In this document: positions 14,649-26,690 of the stretch, piece after piece
Position numbering within the stretch: the stretch's first letter is position 1
Layout of the letters: every line of letters begins with the position of its first letter
Assembly (NCBI RefSeq): GCF_018350175.1
Contig: NC_058368.1
Span: forward strand, 158,536,001 to 158,600,000
Origin: Felis catus
Lineage: Eukaryota
DNA: 64,000 nucleotides
Direction of reading: 5' to 3'
Program-made: the position numbers and the translations under genes
Notes under the pieces: generated by a model
Told to the model about the DNA's origin: nothing
Databases searched by the model: none
The model's input: only the letters and a program-made list of their open reading frames with translations

Positions 14649-14769
14649 GTTTCTATATATGCTGTACCAGAAAAGATTGGTCAAGTTCACCATGCCTTGG
14701 AAACAACTGTGAAGCTTCTTGAATTCTATCAAAACTACTTTGAAATTCAATACCCACTTAAGAAATTGG
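14649..14769 (+). CDS. LNPEP: LNPEP coding exon (~exon 5): [40 protein letters not shown]
   Basis: ttttag| acceptor, G|gtaaga donor, 121 bp, phase fits both neighbours. Confidence 0.96.
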
Positions 14770-15417
14770 GTAAGAATCAAACAGTGCCTCTGGTTTTCAT
14801 TAGCATTATAACCTAGATTCATTTGGCAAATGTTTTGTAGAAAGCACTTTTTCTAAAATTATTTAAAGAGAAAACTAATAAACACCTAAAGCTTTAAAAA
14901 TTGTTTACATTTGTTAAGATTATTTACATTCCCTAAAAGTAGCTGAATGTGGAGCTTAAAACATTTAGAAGTTTATGGAGCTGTTCCAAGGGCTTATACA
15001 GGTTCTGTGTAAGTGGCAATTTGCTTAGGGCTTTGTCTGCAGTCAGACTCTAACTTCCTAAGAAATTCTGTTTCACGGGAGGAAAACTGAGTAATAGATG
15101 CTGAGGAAAGCAAGAGCTGGTCCTGGATAGAAGAACACTGGGCCTGTACTTTGTCTTTCTTGCTCTAGGAAGTTGATTCATTGTGAAAGAATTATATATC
15201 TCTTTCTTTGTGAAGGGACAGAGCAATGGTGACTCCACAGGAATTGGTCAGGTCTTTCTCAACTGACCGATAGGTGGGGAACATACAAGACTAGAGTAAG
15301 GTTCGATTTGCCAAGAGTATAAAATGAACTCCCTGTCTTTTGATTCACAGTGATAAACCAATGGGGGGAGTGCCTTAGATGAGCGAAATTTGATCACTTC
15401 TTTCTTCACATGTTCAG

Positions 15418-15572
15418 ATTTGGTGGCTATTCCTGACTTTGAAGCAGGAGCAATGGAAAATTGGGGTTTGCTCACCTTCCGTGAAGAGACACTTCTGTAT
15501 GACAATAATACTTCTTCAGTGGCGGATAGAAAACTGGTTACTAAAATCATTGCTCATGAGCTCTCCCATCAG
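15418..15572 (+). CDS. LNPEP: LNPEP coding exon (~exon 6) with GAMEN exopeptidase motif and HELSH zinc motif
   Basis: ttcag| acceptor, CAG|gtatta donor, 155 bp; [29 protein letters not shown]...IIAHELSHQ. Confidence 0.98.
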
Positions 15573-15802
15573 GTATTAATAGCCATGACTATTATATTTA
15601 ATACTTACAGTATTTTAGAATAAGAAAATAAGTTAAGTAACAATTTTAGGATAAGAAATTGGAATAAGCTAATAAGAAATTCGGCCTTTTATTGTAGTAT
15701 TGCCTTTCATAATAAAATGGTGGGTTTTTTTGTTTGTTTTTGTTTGTTTTTGTTCTTTGTTTTTTTTTTAACACAAACATCATCAAATGAAAATGCTATC
15801 TA

Positions 15803-15946
15803 GGGGTGCCTGGCTGGCTCATTTGGAGGAGTACACAATTCTTGATCTCAGGGTCATGAGTTCGAGCTCCACATGGTGTGCAGAGATTACTCAAATACGT
15901 AAATACATACATACATACATACATACATACATACATACATACATAC
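15803..15946 (+). mobile_element. Short CAN-SINE with (TACA)n tail
   Basis: ggggtgcctggctggctca...gagattact then (acat)n. Confidence 0.85.
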
Positions 15947-15974
15947 TTAAAAGAAATTGCTATCTAATGTTTGT

Positions 15975-16140
15975 ATAGGATTTTACAGTTTATAAAGCAT
16001 TTTCACATCCATATGTCATTTACTTTTCATAACGGCTGTGAGGTAGGTGATGATCCCATTTTATAGAAGTGGAAATTGAGAGTGTAAGTAAATGACTTAC
16101 CCAAAGTCACAGAGCTAATAATTGGCAGCACTGGCCCTTG
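15975..16140. mobile_element. MIR-like ancient SINE
   Basis: cccattttatagaagtggaaattgag...tgacttacccaaagtcacagagcta. Confidence 0.65.
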
Positions 16141-17597
16141 AAGAACCACTGTCTCCTCAAGGTGTTTCTCCTTTTTTGCCCCCAATAATACACGGCTGTT
16201 TCACCTCTGACAATTGCCAGCCCCTCAGTATAACTTTGTGGCAGAGAAACCCTTCCCCTAAATTGCATTCTCTTCTGGCATCTCTTGGACTGTAGTTGTC
16301 AAGACTAGATTTATATTTTCTTCTCTTGCTCAAACTGGGTTCTTTGTTAATTTGAGAGAGGGAGGGTACTCTTTGTATGACAAGGAGAAAAAGAAAGAAA
16401 ATTATATGGGTACGTGAACCCCCCTCTTTCTTTCTCAACACCTTGCCTTTCTTTTGTCCCTTGATGAGGTGCATAGCAGTGTTGGGTGTAGTTTGGGGGC
16501 GTCATGATTGAGGGACAACGTGGAAGAAGAGTAGCATGCACTCTGGTCAGTTTGGTCCCTGTCTCAAACGCCTATATGTGTGAGATTCTAGAGCTCTTGT
16601 GAAGACTTCGTAATGGGCTTGCATATGAAGCACATACTTAGTGATAATTATGATTTTAGGCATGTAGACAAGTTGTCCTTTAGGGGATCTTCTCTAGGTC
16701 TGTTATTTCTGGGGCCTCCCCATCACCACTTCTCAGTTACTTCTTCTTTAAGACATATATTCCTCGGAAGCAGGTTTTAAAATAATATCTTTGAAAAACA
16801 TGTTATTGTAATTCTCAAAAGTGTTTTGTTTCCATACCCAGTAACCTTATTATTTTGCTGCTGATTTGAGATGAGCCCCAGATGTCACTAAATCGCACAC
16901 CCTATAACCTACCACTCTCCATTGCAGAGATTTTTGAGATACATTTTTTTTTGAAGAGTCTCCTTTCATTGTTTTCCTTCTTATTATTTTATAGATGAAG
17001 ACATTTAATGATATTTCTTATTTCATTTATTTATATGCATGCCAGCTTTCTTAAAGAATATTGTTTGAATTCTCTTTTCAATCATGTAAATACTGTCCTC
17101 AACTTGGGTAACTGAGGAGAAACATGAAATATAGGTTCTCTATAGGAAAATCTCTCAGAAATTTATTTTTAAGTTGTAATGGATGGCTGAAGATATAGAA
17201 TAGAAATAATATTACTAACTTGATAGTAGTAGGTAGAAGAATTTCATTTTCTAGGAAATACCACTTTTAATGAAGTAGCGAAAAACTGTTTTTGTTTACC
17301 TAGTAAACAGGGTTTGTATGTTAATTTGATAAATATGCTAACTAACTGTGGTTTTTGCTTGTTTTCCCATTCAACAAGGTAAAATGTTAAACTTTTCATT
17401 TTCATTTTAGAGTTAATTTATACAAATTTTTTGTAAGTCTTTAATTTGAATATAGTTTGTTTTACCTAATAACTGCATTTTTAAGTAATTATAATCTGGC
17501 TAAAGGGGATGAAGCTGACAATTTAATTATTAGAAAATTCTTGACAGTATAAATATTGTGTTGGTTAGTATGATTTTTTGTTTTGTTTTCCCCACAG

Positions 17598-17711
17598 TGG
17601 TTTGGTAATCTAGTAACAATGGAGTGGTGGAATGATCTATGGCTAAATGAAGGGTTTGCTACTTTCATGGAGTATTTCTCCTTGGAAAAAATATTCAAAG
17701 AGCTTTCTAGT
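17598..17711 (+). CDS. LNPEP: LNPEP coding exon (~exon 7): [38 protein letters not shown] (third Zn ligand E)
   Basis: cccacag| acceptor, AGT|gtaagt donor, 114 bp. Confidence 0.98.
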
Positions 17712-19127
17712 GTAAGTATACTGTTTATTAGATGTGCTATAAATCATATTTGCCCCGTATTTTATAGTCATTTGGAGTGCTGAAAATGTTTCTAGAAAGA
17801 TACAATAAAATTGACACTTGTTACTGATAGCTTATACCTCTTGAGATTTGACAGTGAAAATTAAGCTTTTACTTATTGATATATTTCATTGAAAGCTGAA
17901 ATTATGTGCAATTATTTCACACTTTTTTAAGATGAACATTTAAAATCGCTTTACTACATTTTATTTCCAATAGATGTGGCTCTTCTTGAAGGAATTTAAA
18001 TTAAGTTGAAAAGCCTTTTTAGCAAAACAAAACTTTTTATCCTTTGTATAAAGAGAGAAAAAAATAAGACATTTTGTAGCAATACTCTCTCCCTGTTACC
18101 ACTGTGATCATTCTTGTAACAGTGATAACATAGGTTCATACAGACAAATAATTTGCCCTGTTAAGGTACCAACCATATTTGTGCCCTTTTCAATGACTTG
18201 GGACATCGTTTTGTCATAGGGAGTGTAATACTGTTGTTACTGTGTTCCTAGACTTCCTGGGGAAAGGCAATGGTATGACAGGTATTGCCAAATAATCCAA
18301 GCAATAGGTGGGAAAGTATAAAGATCCCATTCACCCTTAAAATTCTGTGACGTTCTATTAAACTTCCTGAATATACGATCCAAGACTGCTTCAAAACAGG
18401 GATACTCTTAAGAGCTTTCAATTTGAAATTTTTGTGTAAGTCCATTTCAAAAACTTCAGGTAAGTAGAAGGAACTTATTTTTAGCCAGAATACTAAGCAA
18501 AGTATTCTAAATCTATGTATGTGACTTAATTAAGCAACCAGATACACAGTTTCACCACTGGGTGGTGCCCAGAATGTTTAAAACCTTCTAATGTATATTC
18601 TGGGGGAGCTCATCTGCTGAGCTATCGAAGAATTCTATTTAAGTATTCTATTTTACTTCAAATGAACCCCAGTGAAGGGAAATGTATATTATCTTAATAG
18701 AAACCTGGACTACATATGAGAAATGAGCTTAAGGACCAGTTTTTATTTTTGCTTTTTAATTGTAAATGTTATTTTAAAAGTACACACTAACCATCTTAGA
18801 ATATTTACTTTGAATACCTGGATTTGGCACATTTGGTCACTTTAATAGTAGATTCTTAATTAATCCTTATGCTGTGAGTTAGGAAATAATAATGTTTTTC
18901 ATATGGTCAGGATGTTATCATTTTATTTTTAAATTTAAGGAATATGAATGAAAGTCTCTCTATTCTTACACTTTCAAAAGCCTATTTTCTGAAGTTTAGT
19001 AAAGATGGGTATTTTTTAATAATGACCTTAAACAGGTAATTAATCTAATTCATATAAATAATTACTATATTTGCCTTTGCCTTTGATAATGTTGATGGTT
19101 TCATAATCTGTTTGATGTTTTTGCTAG

Positions 19128-19262
19128 TATGAAGATTTCTTAGATGCTCGATTTAAAACCATGAAGAAAGATTCCTTGAATTCATCTCATCCAATATCAT
19201 CATCATCTGTTCAGTCTTCAGAACAGATCGAAGAAATGTTTGATTCTCTTTCCTATTTTAAG
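19128..19262 (+). CDS. LNPEP: LNPEP coding exon (~exon 8): YEDFLDARFKTMKKDSLNSSHPISSSSVQSSEQIEEMFDSLSYFK
   Basis: gctag| acceptor, AAG|gtac donor, 135 bp; catalytic Tyr region FDxxSYxKG. Confidence 0.96.
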
Positions 19263-19399
19263 GTACCGCTCTACACATCAACTACCTGGAGTGGGTTTCA
19301 AATTAATTTCTTATGTGAGCAAGCTTCATGATTTAAATTATTTTAAGCATTAAAACTAGATTATTTTAAAGATTAGAGATTACTTTAAGATTATTTTCA

Positions 19400-19628
19400 G
19401 GGGCGCCTGGGTGGCGCAGTCGGTTAAGCGTCCGACTTCAGCCATGTCACGATTTCGCGGTCCATGAGTTTGAGCCCCGCGTCAGGCTCTGGGCTGATGG
19501 CTCAGAGCCTGGAGCCTGTTTCCGATTCTGTGTCTCCCTCTCTCTCTGCCCCTCCCCCGTTCATGCTCTGTCTCTCTCTGTCCCAAAAATAAATAAACGT
19601 TGAAAAAAAAATTTTAATAAAAAAAAAA
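19400..19628 (+). mobile_element. Young SINEC_Fc-type SINE
   Basis: CpG-rich, long A-tail, TSD AAGATTATTTTCA at 19387-19399 and 19629-19641. Confidence 0.95.
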
Positions 19629-21606
19629 AAGATTATTTTCAGGTATACGTTTAAACTGTAAGATGTTTGCTTCTATTTAAATCTTGGTTTTAACTTTTTC
19701 TGGGTCTTTCTTTCTCTGATTTAAGTTCTTCTGACTGGTATAGTGGGTAATCAGATAATATAGCAACATATCTTTTAAAGTTGGTTCAGTCTCTGGATCT
19801 ACAGGTAGAATATGTCCAGGGAAGGTCCTAAGCAAGCCCTTAGCTGTGTTATTGAGGATTGAAAGATGTTCAAAGTCACAGTTGCCAAAACTCAAAAACA
19901 AAAGGAGTATTTAAGAATTGAGAACTAGATTGCAGGATCAGAAGCACAGACTCCAGGTTTGGGAGTGAAGCAAAAACAGAAAACTGGAAACCTGATTAGG
20001 ATTGCCATAGGTCAGAGAACAGAACAATGCCTCTCACAGTTGTGGTGGGAGGTGTGAATGTTAGGACTTACTTACCTCCTTACTCTGGCTGCCAAATTAA
20101 TTGATTAATAAATGAATTCCTCCACTGGACAGAGAAAACACACAAAACACCTGAGATACAAACCATATCTTCAAGAAACTCAAAGTTTAGGTGGTAGGTA
20201 CTTGTGAAGCACTAAGAGATGATATGTGTTGAATGAATGGTACAGACTTTTTTTTACCTAGGTTTATGAAGAGAACTTTTTTGTAGGAAAATGGAAATGG
20301 AAGGGAATTAAATAATAAAAAGATATGGATAAAGAGGAATGGTAAGTGTTGAGTATGGCAGGAATGGGACAATAAGGTCTACAAAGAGACAGTTCAGGAA
20401 TACTGATGGGCAGGAAATTTTTGTTTAGGGAATAAATGCTTGATTGTGGTGGAAGCCATAAATGGAGTAGGGGAAAGATAGAAAAGGAGCTTGGGGCAGT
20501 TGTAGAAGGTTCTAAACGCCATCAGGAATCTGGACTTTTTCTGTAAGCATTGGGAAGCTTTAGAAGATTTTTCAGAGGAATTACTTGATTAAAGTTACTA
20601 TTTATGAAAACTAATTTGTTCCAGCTTATAGATTTAAGTGGAGAGAGAACTAAAGTCAGGAAATTGCTGCTAAAGTCCAAGCATGACATGGTAAAGGATG
20701 AAATTAGGAGTGGTAGTGAAAATGAAAGAAAAATGATGAGTGTAAAAAAAACATGGGATGGAGGGAAGTTCTTGAAGGATTTAGTGATAGGGTAAGACAG
20801 GTAAAGAAAGGGAGACATGTTTTCCAGGTTCACACCTGACTGACATGGAAAATGGTAGTACTGTTAACAAATAAGAAATAAGGAGTTTAATTAGCTATAT
20901 TAAATATATTCCAGTTGGAGATACTGCCATGATTTTTAAAGCCTATATGGGATCTGTCAATAAAATTTTAAAACTTGTGGTTCTGTTCTTATACAGAACT
21001 GTCGCTTCGAGATTTGTTCTTACAGAGCTCTGTCATCCTCTGACCACCATCCCCTAAACCCCAAATTCATTGTCTTATCATGTGGTCTCCACAGCATACC
21101 TAACCCCTGTCAATATGGTAACTACTTATTTCATGATTGGAAATCTGGCAAATGCCCCACATAATTGAGAAAAGTAGGATATTTTACCAATGTTATGTAC
21201 AAGAACAAGTAAGTGTCACTAGGGAAATGTGTTTGACAGATATATTCTATTTGGGTTTTTTAATCTCCAAGCCTAATTCTTATGTAGATTGTCCCTTGAG
21301 GAGATCAACTAGGAAGTAAACTTAGAAAGAAAAGAAAAAAAAAAAAAGGTCTGAAAAGTAAATGCCAGGGGCCACCAAAATGAGGTGGTTCCATGCAAGA
21401 TGAGGATCCAGGGAGAGAGTGAGAGTGATGGCCAGTGAATAGGGGGAGGATGAAGACTGCCTCCCAAAGCTCAGTGCAGAAAGACTTCAAAGGATGAGTG
21501 AGTGTCAGTCATTCAAATGCCACTAGCAGGTTAAGATGAGTCTGGGAATTGATGTTGGTTTTAAGACAGCATGAAGTTCATCAGTGACCTTGATAAAACC
21601 ACTTCT

Positions 21607-21824
21607 GGGGGCACCTGGGTGGCTCAGTTGGTTAAGTGGCCGACTTCGGCTCAGGTCATGATCTCGCGGTCCGTGAGTTCCAGCCCTGCGTCGGGCTCTG
21701 TGCTGACAGCTCAGAGCCTGGAGCCTGTTTCAGATTCTGTGTCTCCCTCTCTCTCTGACCCTCCCCCGTTCATGCTCTGTCTCTCTCTGTCTCAAAAATA
21801 AAATAAAACATTAAAAAATTAAAA
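21607..21824 (+). mobile_element. SINEC_Fc-type SINE
   Basis: TSD AAAACCACTTCT at 21595-21606 and 21825-21836. Confidence 0.94.
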
Positions 21825-22728
21825 AAAACCACTTCTAGCAGAGTGATGGTTGGAAGATTGCCTTAGAGAAAATGGAGATGGCAACTACAGACAGCTCTTT
21901 GAGGAGTTCACTACAGAGGGAAATAAGAAATAGGGTGATAACTAGAAGAGACATGGAGTTAAAAAAAGGAAGGACATCTTTTATTTGTTTTAAAGGAGGA
22001 ATGAATGTTGCATAATTTTGCTAATGGGAATGTAATAGTAGGGAAAGTTGGTCATGCAGGGGTGAAAGGGATCTGTTGGGAACAAGAATGAGTACTTAAA
22101 TTTATAGAACAAGTAACACCATGAAGCATGGTACAGAAATAAGAGAGTAATAGCTATTAAATTCAGTTACGTGTATCTGATAATCTTGACCTAATATTGC
22201 TACATTTTTACCAGAAGTGAAATTCAAAGACTATTTGAATTCCTTTTGTGTACGAGGTGTTGTTTTAGTCACTGAAATTGAGCTTTGCAGTGTTGCCCTC
22301 AATTATCATACAGTCTAGAAGAGGAAATAAAGATATATCTATCTAAATATGTATTAAATATATATCTTAGCAGATGAAGGAAGTGATACAAATTGCCCTT
22401 GAAGATGGAGAAATATTTCTATCTTAAATCAGGAAAGGCTTCACAAAGGTGTTTTTGGAAATGATGGCATGCACTTCAATGACTATGTAGCGTGGCCTTA
22501 ATAGTTGTATACTGGATTCTGAATTATTAGTGTATGCTTATTGCCCTATACATTCATTAGTTCCAAACATATTTGAAGTAACTCTGCAGGAAGAAGAGAG
22601 ATCTTGGTTATTTTAGCAACATGATATATTAAAATTGGAAATTGATGCACTCCCAAGTAGAGAGGCTTTTGAGAGTTCTGCTTGTTTATTGTCTCCTGCA
22701 GTGAACCCATGAATTCAACTGGTACTTT

Positions 22729-23783
22729 TTTTTTTCAATATATGAAGTTTATTGTCAAATTGGTTTCCATACAACACCCAGTGCTCATCCCAAAAGGTGC
22801 CCTCCTCAATACCCATAACCCACCCTCCCCTCCCTCCCACCTCCCATCAACCCTCAGTTTGTTCTCAGTTATTAAGAGTCTCTTATGCTTTGGCTCTCTC
22901 CCACTCTAACCTCTTTTTTTTTTTTCCTTCCCCTCCCCCATGGGTTCCTGTTAAGTTTCTCAGGATCCACGTAAGAGTGAAAACATATGGTATCTGTCTT
23001 TCTCTGTATGGCTTATTTCACTTAGCATCACACTCTCCAGTTCCATCCACGTTGCTACAAAGGGCCATATTTCATTCTTTCTCATTGCCCTGTAGTACTC
23101 CATTGTGTATATAAACCACAATTTCTTTATCCATTCATCAGTTGATGGACATTTAGGCTCTTTCCATAATTTGGCTATTGTTGAGAGTGCTGCTATAAAC
23201 ATTGGGGTACAAGTGCCCCTATGCATCAGCACTCCTGTATCCCTTGGGTAAATTCCTAGCAGTGCTATTGCTGGGTCATAGGGTAGGTCTATTTTTAATT
23301 TTCTGAGGAACCTCCACACTGTTTTCCAGAGTGGCTGCACCAATTTGCATTCCCACCAACAGTGCAAGAGGGTTCCCGTTTCTCCACATCCTCTCCAGCA
23401 TCTATAGTCTCCTGATTTGTTCATTTTGGCCACTCTGACTGGCGTGAGGTGATATCTCAGTGTGGTTTTGATTTGTATTTGCCTGATGAGGAGCGACGTT
23501 GAGCATCTTTTTATGTGCCTGTTGGCCATCCGGATGTCTTCTTTAGAAAAGTGTCTATTCATGTTTTCTGCCCATTTCTTCACTGGGTTATTTGTTTTTC
23601 GGGTGTGGAGTTTGGTGAGCTCTTTATAGATTTTGGATACTAGCCCTTTGTCCGATATGTCATTTGCAAATATCTTTTTCCATTCCGTTGGTTGCCTTTT
23701 AGTTTTGTTGGTTGTTTCCTTTGCTGTGCAGAAGCTTTTTATCTTCATAAGGTCCCAGTAATTCATTTTTGCTTTTAATTCCC
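22729..23783 (-). mobile_element. Young 5'-truncated felid-type LINE-1 (ORF2 C-terminus plus 3' UTR), antisense to LNPEP
   Basis: Uninterrupted 268-aa ORF 22960-23766 with the ORF2 cysteine-rich [18 protein letters not shown] motif; poly(T) ~22726-22735; perfect TSD TTCAACTGGTACTTT at 22714-22728 and 23784-23798. Confidence 0.96.
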
Positions 23784-24185
23784 TTCAACTGGTACTTTAA
23801 GCATTGGGGACAGGGATAGGGATTCAACAGAAAATTTGGCATGTTTTTCTATTAAAGATATATTCACAAACACTTAGCTTTTTAACATAACACTGAAACA
23901 GTAACTGATAAACCACATAAAAATGGCTCATAGTAGAATTAGTGCACATGGGAATCTGCTCCATTATTCTTTTGTCAAATCCTTTAAAATAATTTTTAAA
24001 GACAATTTGAACATAGTTTACATCAGATTATATGACACTAAATAACAGTGTATTATAACTAGGTTCTATAGTGCAAGTTTATACTTAGCATGATTGTATT
24101 TTGAATTTTAGATTGTCAATTCTATAAACCGATTGTAGTCCATTATTTTCCACCCCCTTCTCACTATTTTTTTTTAATTAAACAG

Positions 24186-24317
24186 GGAGCCTCTCTCTTG
24201 TTGATGCTGAAAACTTATCTTAGTGAGGATGTATTCCAAAATGCTGTTGTCTTTTACCTGCATAGTCATAGCTATGCATCCATTAAAAGTGATGATCTGT
24301 GGGATAGTTTTAATGAG
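24186..24317 (+). CDS. LNPEP: LNPEP coding exon (~exon 9): GASLLLMLKTYLSEDVFQNAVVFYLHSHSYASIKSDDLWDSFNE
   Basis: aacag| acceptor, GAG|gtaagt donor, 132 bp. Confidence 0.96.
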
Positions 24318-24944
24318 GTAAGTGACCCGGATATTTTATTTAGTTCTTAAGAAAGAGAAGAGTTCTTCTACTTATATTCTTATCAAGTATATAAATAAGC
24401 TATAGTACCAAGGATATTTAAGACAGAGGCGGATGGAACACAGAATTAAAGGTCAAGAAACGGAAATACTAGTCTTGAAATTATTGTGTGTAGCCTTGTA
24501 TAACCATTTTTGTTCTATACCTTAGTCTCCATTCCTATTTAGTAGGAAAGTTGTCTTTTCTGAATTAATATATATTACTATATTCATTATTTGATTTTTT
24601 TCAAAAATCTATTTTCCTTTTCTCAGGCTTTTGCATTTTCCTCCCATTCATGATGTTTTTCCTACACTCGGCCCTATAAATCCTCCTCTCGTTTGTGGCC
24701 ATACTCTTTCCTAGAAGCCCATCTTTGTAGAGAATCTATCACAAGCTGGCTGCCATGAGCTGAATATTGCCCTTGGATCGTTTTGCTGTTTGGATTTTGT
24801 TGTGCCTGCAAATGTTCTAACAAGCAGTGTAATTAGGTGCCAGTTAGGCTTTAGAGCAGTGCATGAACCCATCCTCCATGGTGCATGTATGCCGACGGCA
24901 TAGTCCTTACAAGCGTTTAGGTTTGTTGTTTCCCTGATCCAGAT

Positions 24945-25088
24945 CAATGGTTCTTAATGTTTTGGAAGATCACAGACATATTTGAAACCATGATAAAAAT
25001 TCTGGACATATTCCCCAGTAAAACCACATATTCACAATATCACACAAAGTTTCAAAGTTTTAGGGGCTCTGAAATTAAGAACTCCTAC
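24945..25088. mobile_element. Small hAT-type MER (MER103-like)
   Basis: Terminal inverted repeats ggttcttaat ... attaagaact. Confidence 0.45.
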
Positions 25089-26159
25089 TCTAAATCTTTT
25101 CCATATACCCTTTCTCCTTCCTTGTCTTATCTCAAACCTTGTGTTTTCTAGCCGCTAACCCTGGTGCTCAGAAGATACACCTTTCCTTCTCTCTTTGAAA
25201 AGGTGGATTAGTCCTTGACACTTAAGAGTTGCTTCCAAATCACTTTGTTTTTTTCTCTTATCGTATGGTAACATTTCAGTTGAAAGCCACATTATTTACT
25301 TTATACCCATATTATCTCCTGACATTTAGAATATATTTCTTCCTTTCTGACTGACTTCAGCTTCTGCATCCATAGTGTTTTCCTATCCCAACCTCGTTCT
25401 TAACATTATCCTCGGGTTTGTCAGCCTCCACACCATATGCACTGGCCTCTTCATTTCTGTTCTGTTTTGAAGACCCAAAGGTGCCTTGCTTTGGGAAAGC
25501 TTGTTTTCTTCCCAGTCCCTTATCCAGAAATGAATAGATTAGAGCCATGAGAAATGTCATATTAATATTGCAATGAGTTTGCAATATTTGATCCATCCTT
25601 TTCTGCTTTAAATAAATGGGCATATGGAGACTGAGGTTAAGGCTGCCATAGTAGAGTGGTACTGTTACCAAACAAAGTACTTAATGATTTTAGTTGCTTG
25701 CAATTCACATCCATATGTAGTCTAGAAGAATGATTTGAATGATAAGGTTACCTCACCTGCTTTAAAGAGATAGTTTTTCTACAATGTCTTCTTAATCATT
25801 GATACCAGATGTCTTTAGGGGATGGTGGGCTTTAGAGGGTCTATGAACCTGACACTGGATTCTAGATTTTGCAGATAAGTTGATGTAATTTCTTGGAGAA
25901 AGGGTCTGTGACTGTCAAAACAGTTAACCACTGTTCTCTGGAGAAACTTAATGTTGAGGCAGCTGACGTGTTTATATCTTATTCTGCTGCTGCTTTCTGG
26001 CACTCGCACAGAATTAGTTCTTCCAAAGGTGAATGTCAACATTTACAAAAATTTAACTCCATATTCATGCTTCTGTTTTTATGTTAACATTACATGTAGT
26101 CTTCATAGAATGTGGTAGGCAGAGAGGGAAAGGTTTTGTTTTTAAGCAAAAATAATTCT

Positions 26160-26195
<36 letters not shown>

Positions 26196-26196
26196 G

Positions 26197-26357
26197 GTCA
26201 CAAACAAAACACTAGATGTAAAGAAAATGATGAAAACCTGGACCCTGCAAAAAGGATTTCCTTTAGTGACTGTCCAAAGAAAAGGAAAGGAGCTTCATGT
26301 ACAACAAGAAAGATACTTTTTAAATGTGAAGCCTGAAATTCAGCCTTCAGATGCAAG
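26197..26357 (+). CDS. LNPEP: LNPEP coding exon (~exon 10): VTNKTLDVKKMMKTWTLQKGFPLVTVQRKGKELHVQQERYFLNVKPEIQPSDA
   Basis: atatag| acceptor, AG|gtgtgt donor, 161 bp; WTxQxGFP motif. Confidence 0.94.
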
Positions 26358-26601
26358 GTGTGTTCCTGCTTTTTCTTCCTGTTACCTATCTCTTTTGTAT
26401 CCTTGGGTTAAAGTATTTTGTAATCACAATCTCTTAAGAAACCTAATAAGATTATCTTTTTCTGGAAATAGCTTGAAAAATTCTTCCTGCCAAAAAGGCG
26501 GTGGGGGGGGGGGGGCGGAAGACCCAACAAATTATGTGTAAATGACTGAGCACTGACTGAAATATTGGAAAGAGTAATCTACCAATATTTTCTTTTTACA
26601 G

Positions 26602-26690
26602 CTATCTCTGGCATATTCCACTATCCTATGTCACTGAGGGAAGAAATTACTCAAAATATCCATTGGTATTTTTACTGGACAAGAAATCAG
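26602..26690 (+). CDS. LNPEP: LNPEP coding exon (~exon 11): YLWHIPLSYVTEGRNYSKYPLVFLLDKKS
   Basis: tttacag| acceptor, G|gtttga donor, 89 bp, phases 2/1 fit. Confidence 0.94.

Noticed and set aside
18553..18570. CACCACTGGGTGGTGCCC as a CTCF site
   Set aside because: Mismatches at key core positions and no other support
22960..23766. 268-aa ORF as a host gene
   Set aside because: It is the L1 ORF2 C-terminus inside a TSD-flanked truncated insertion
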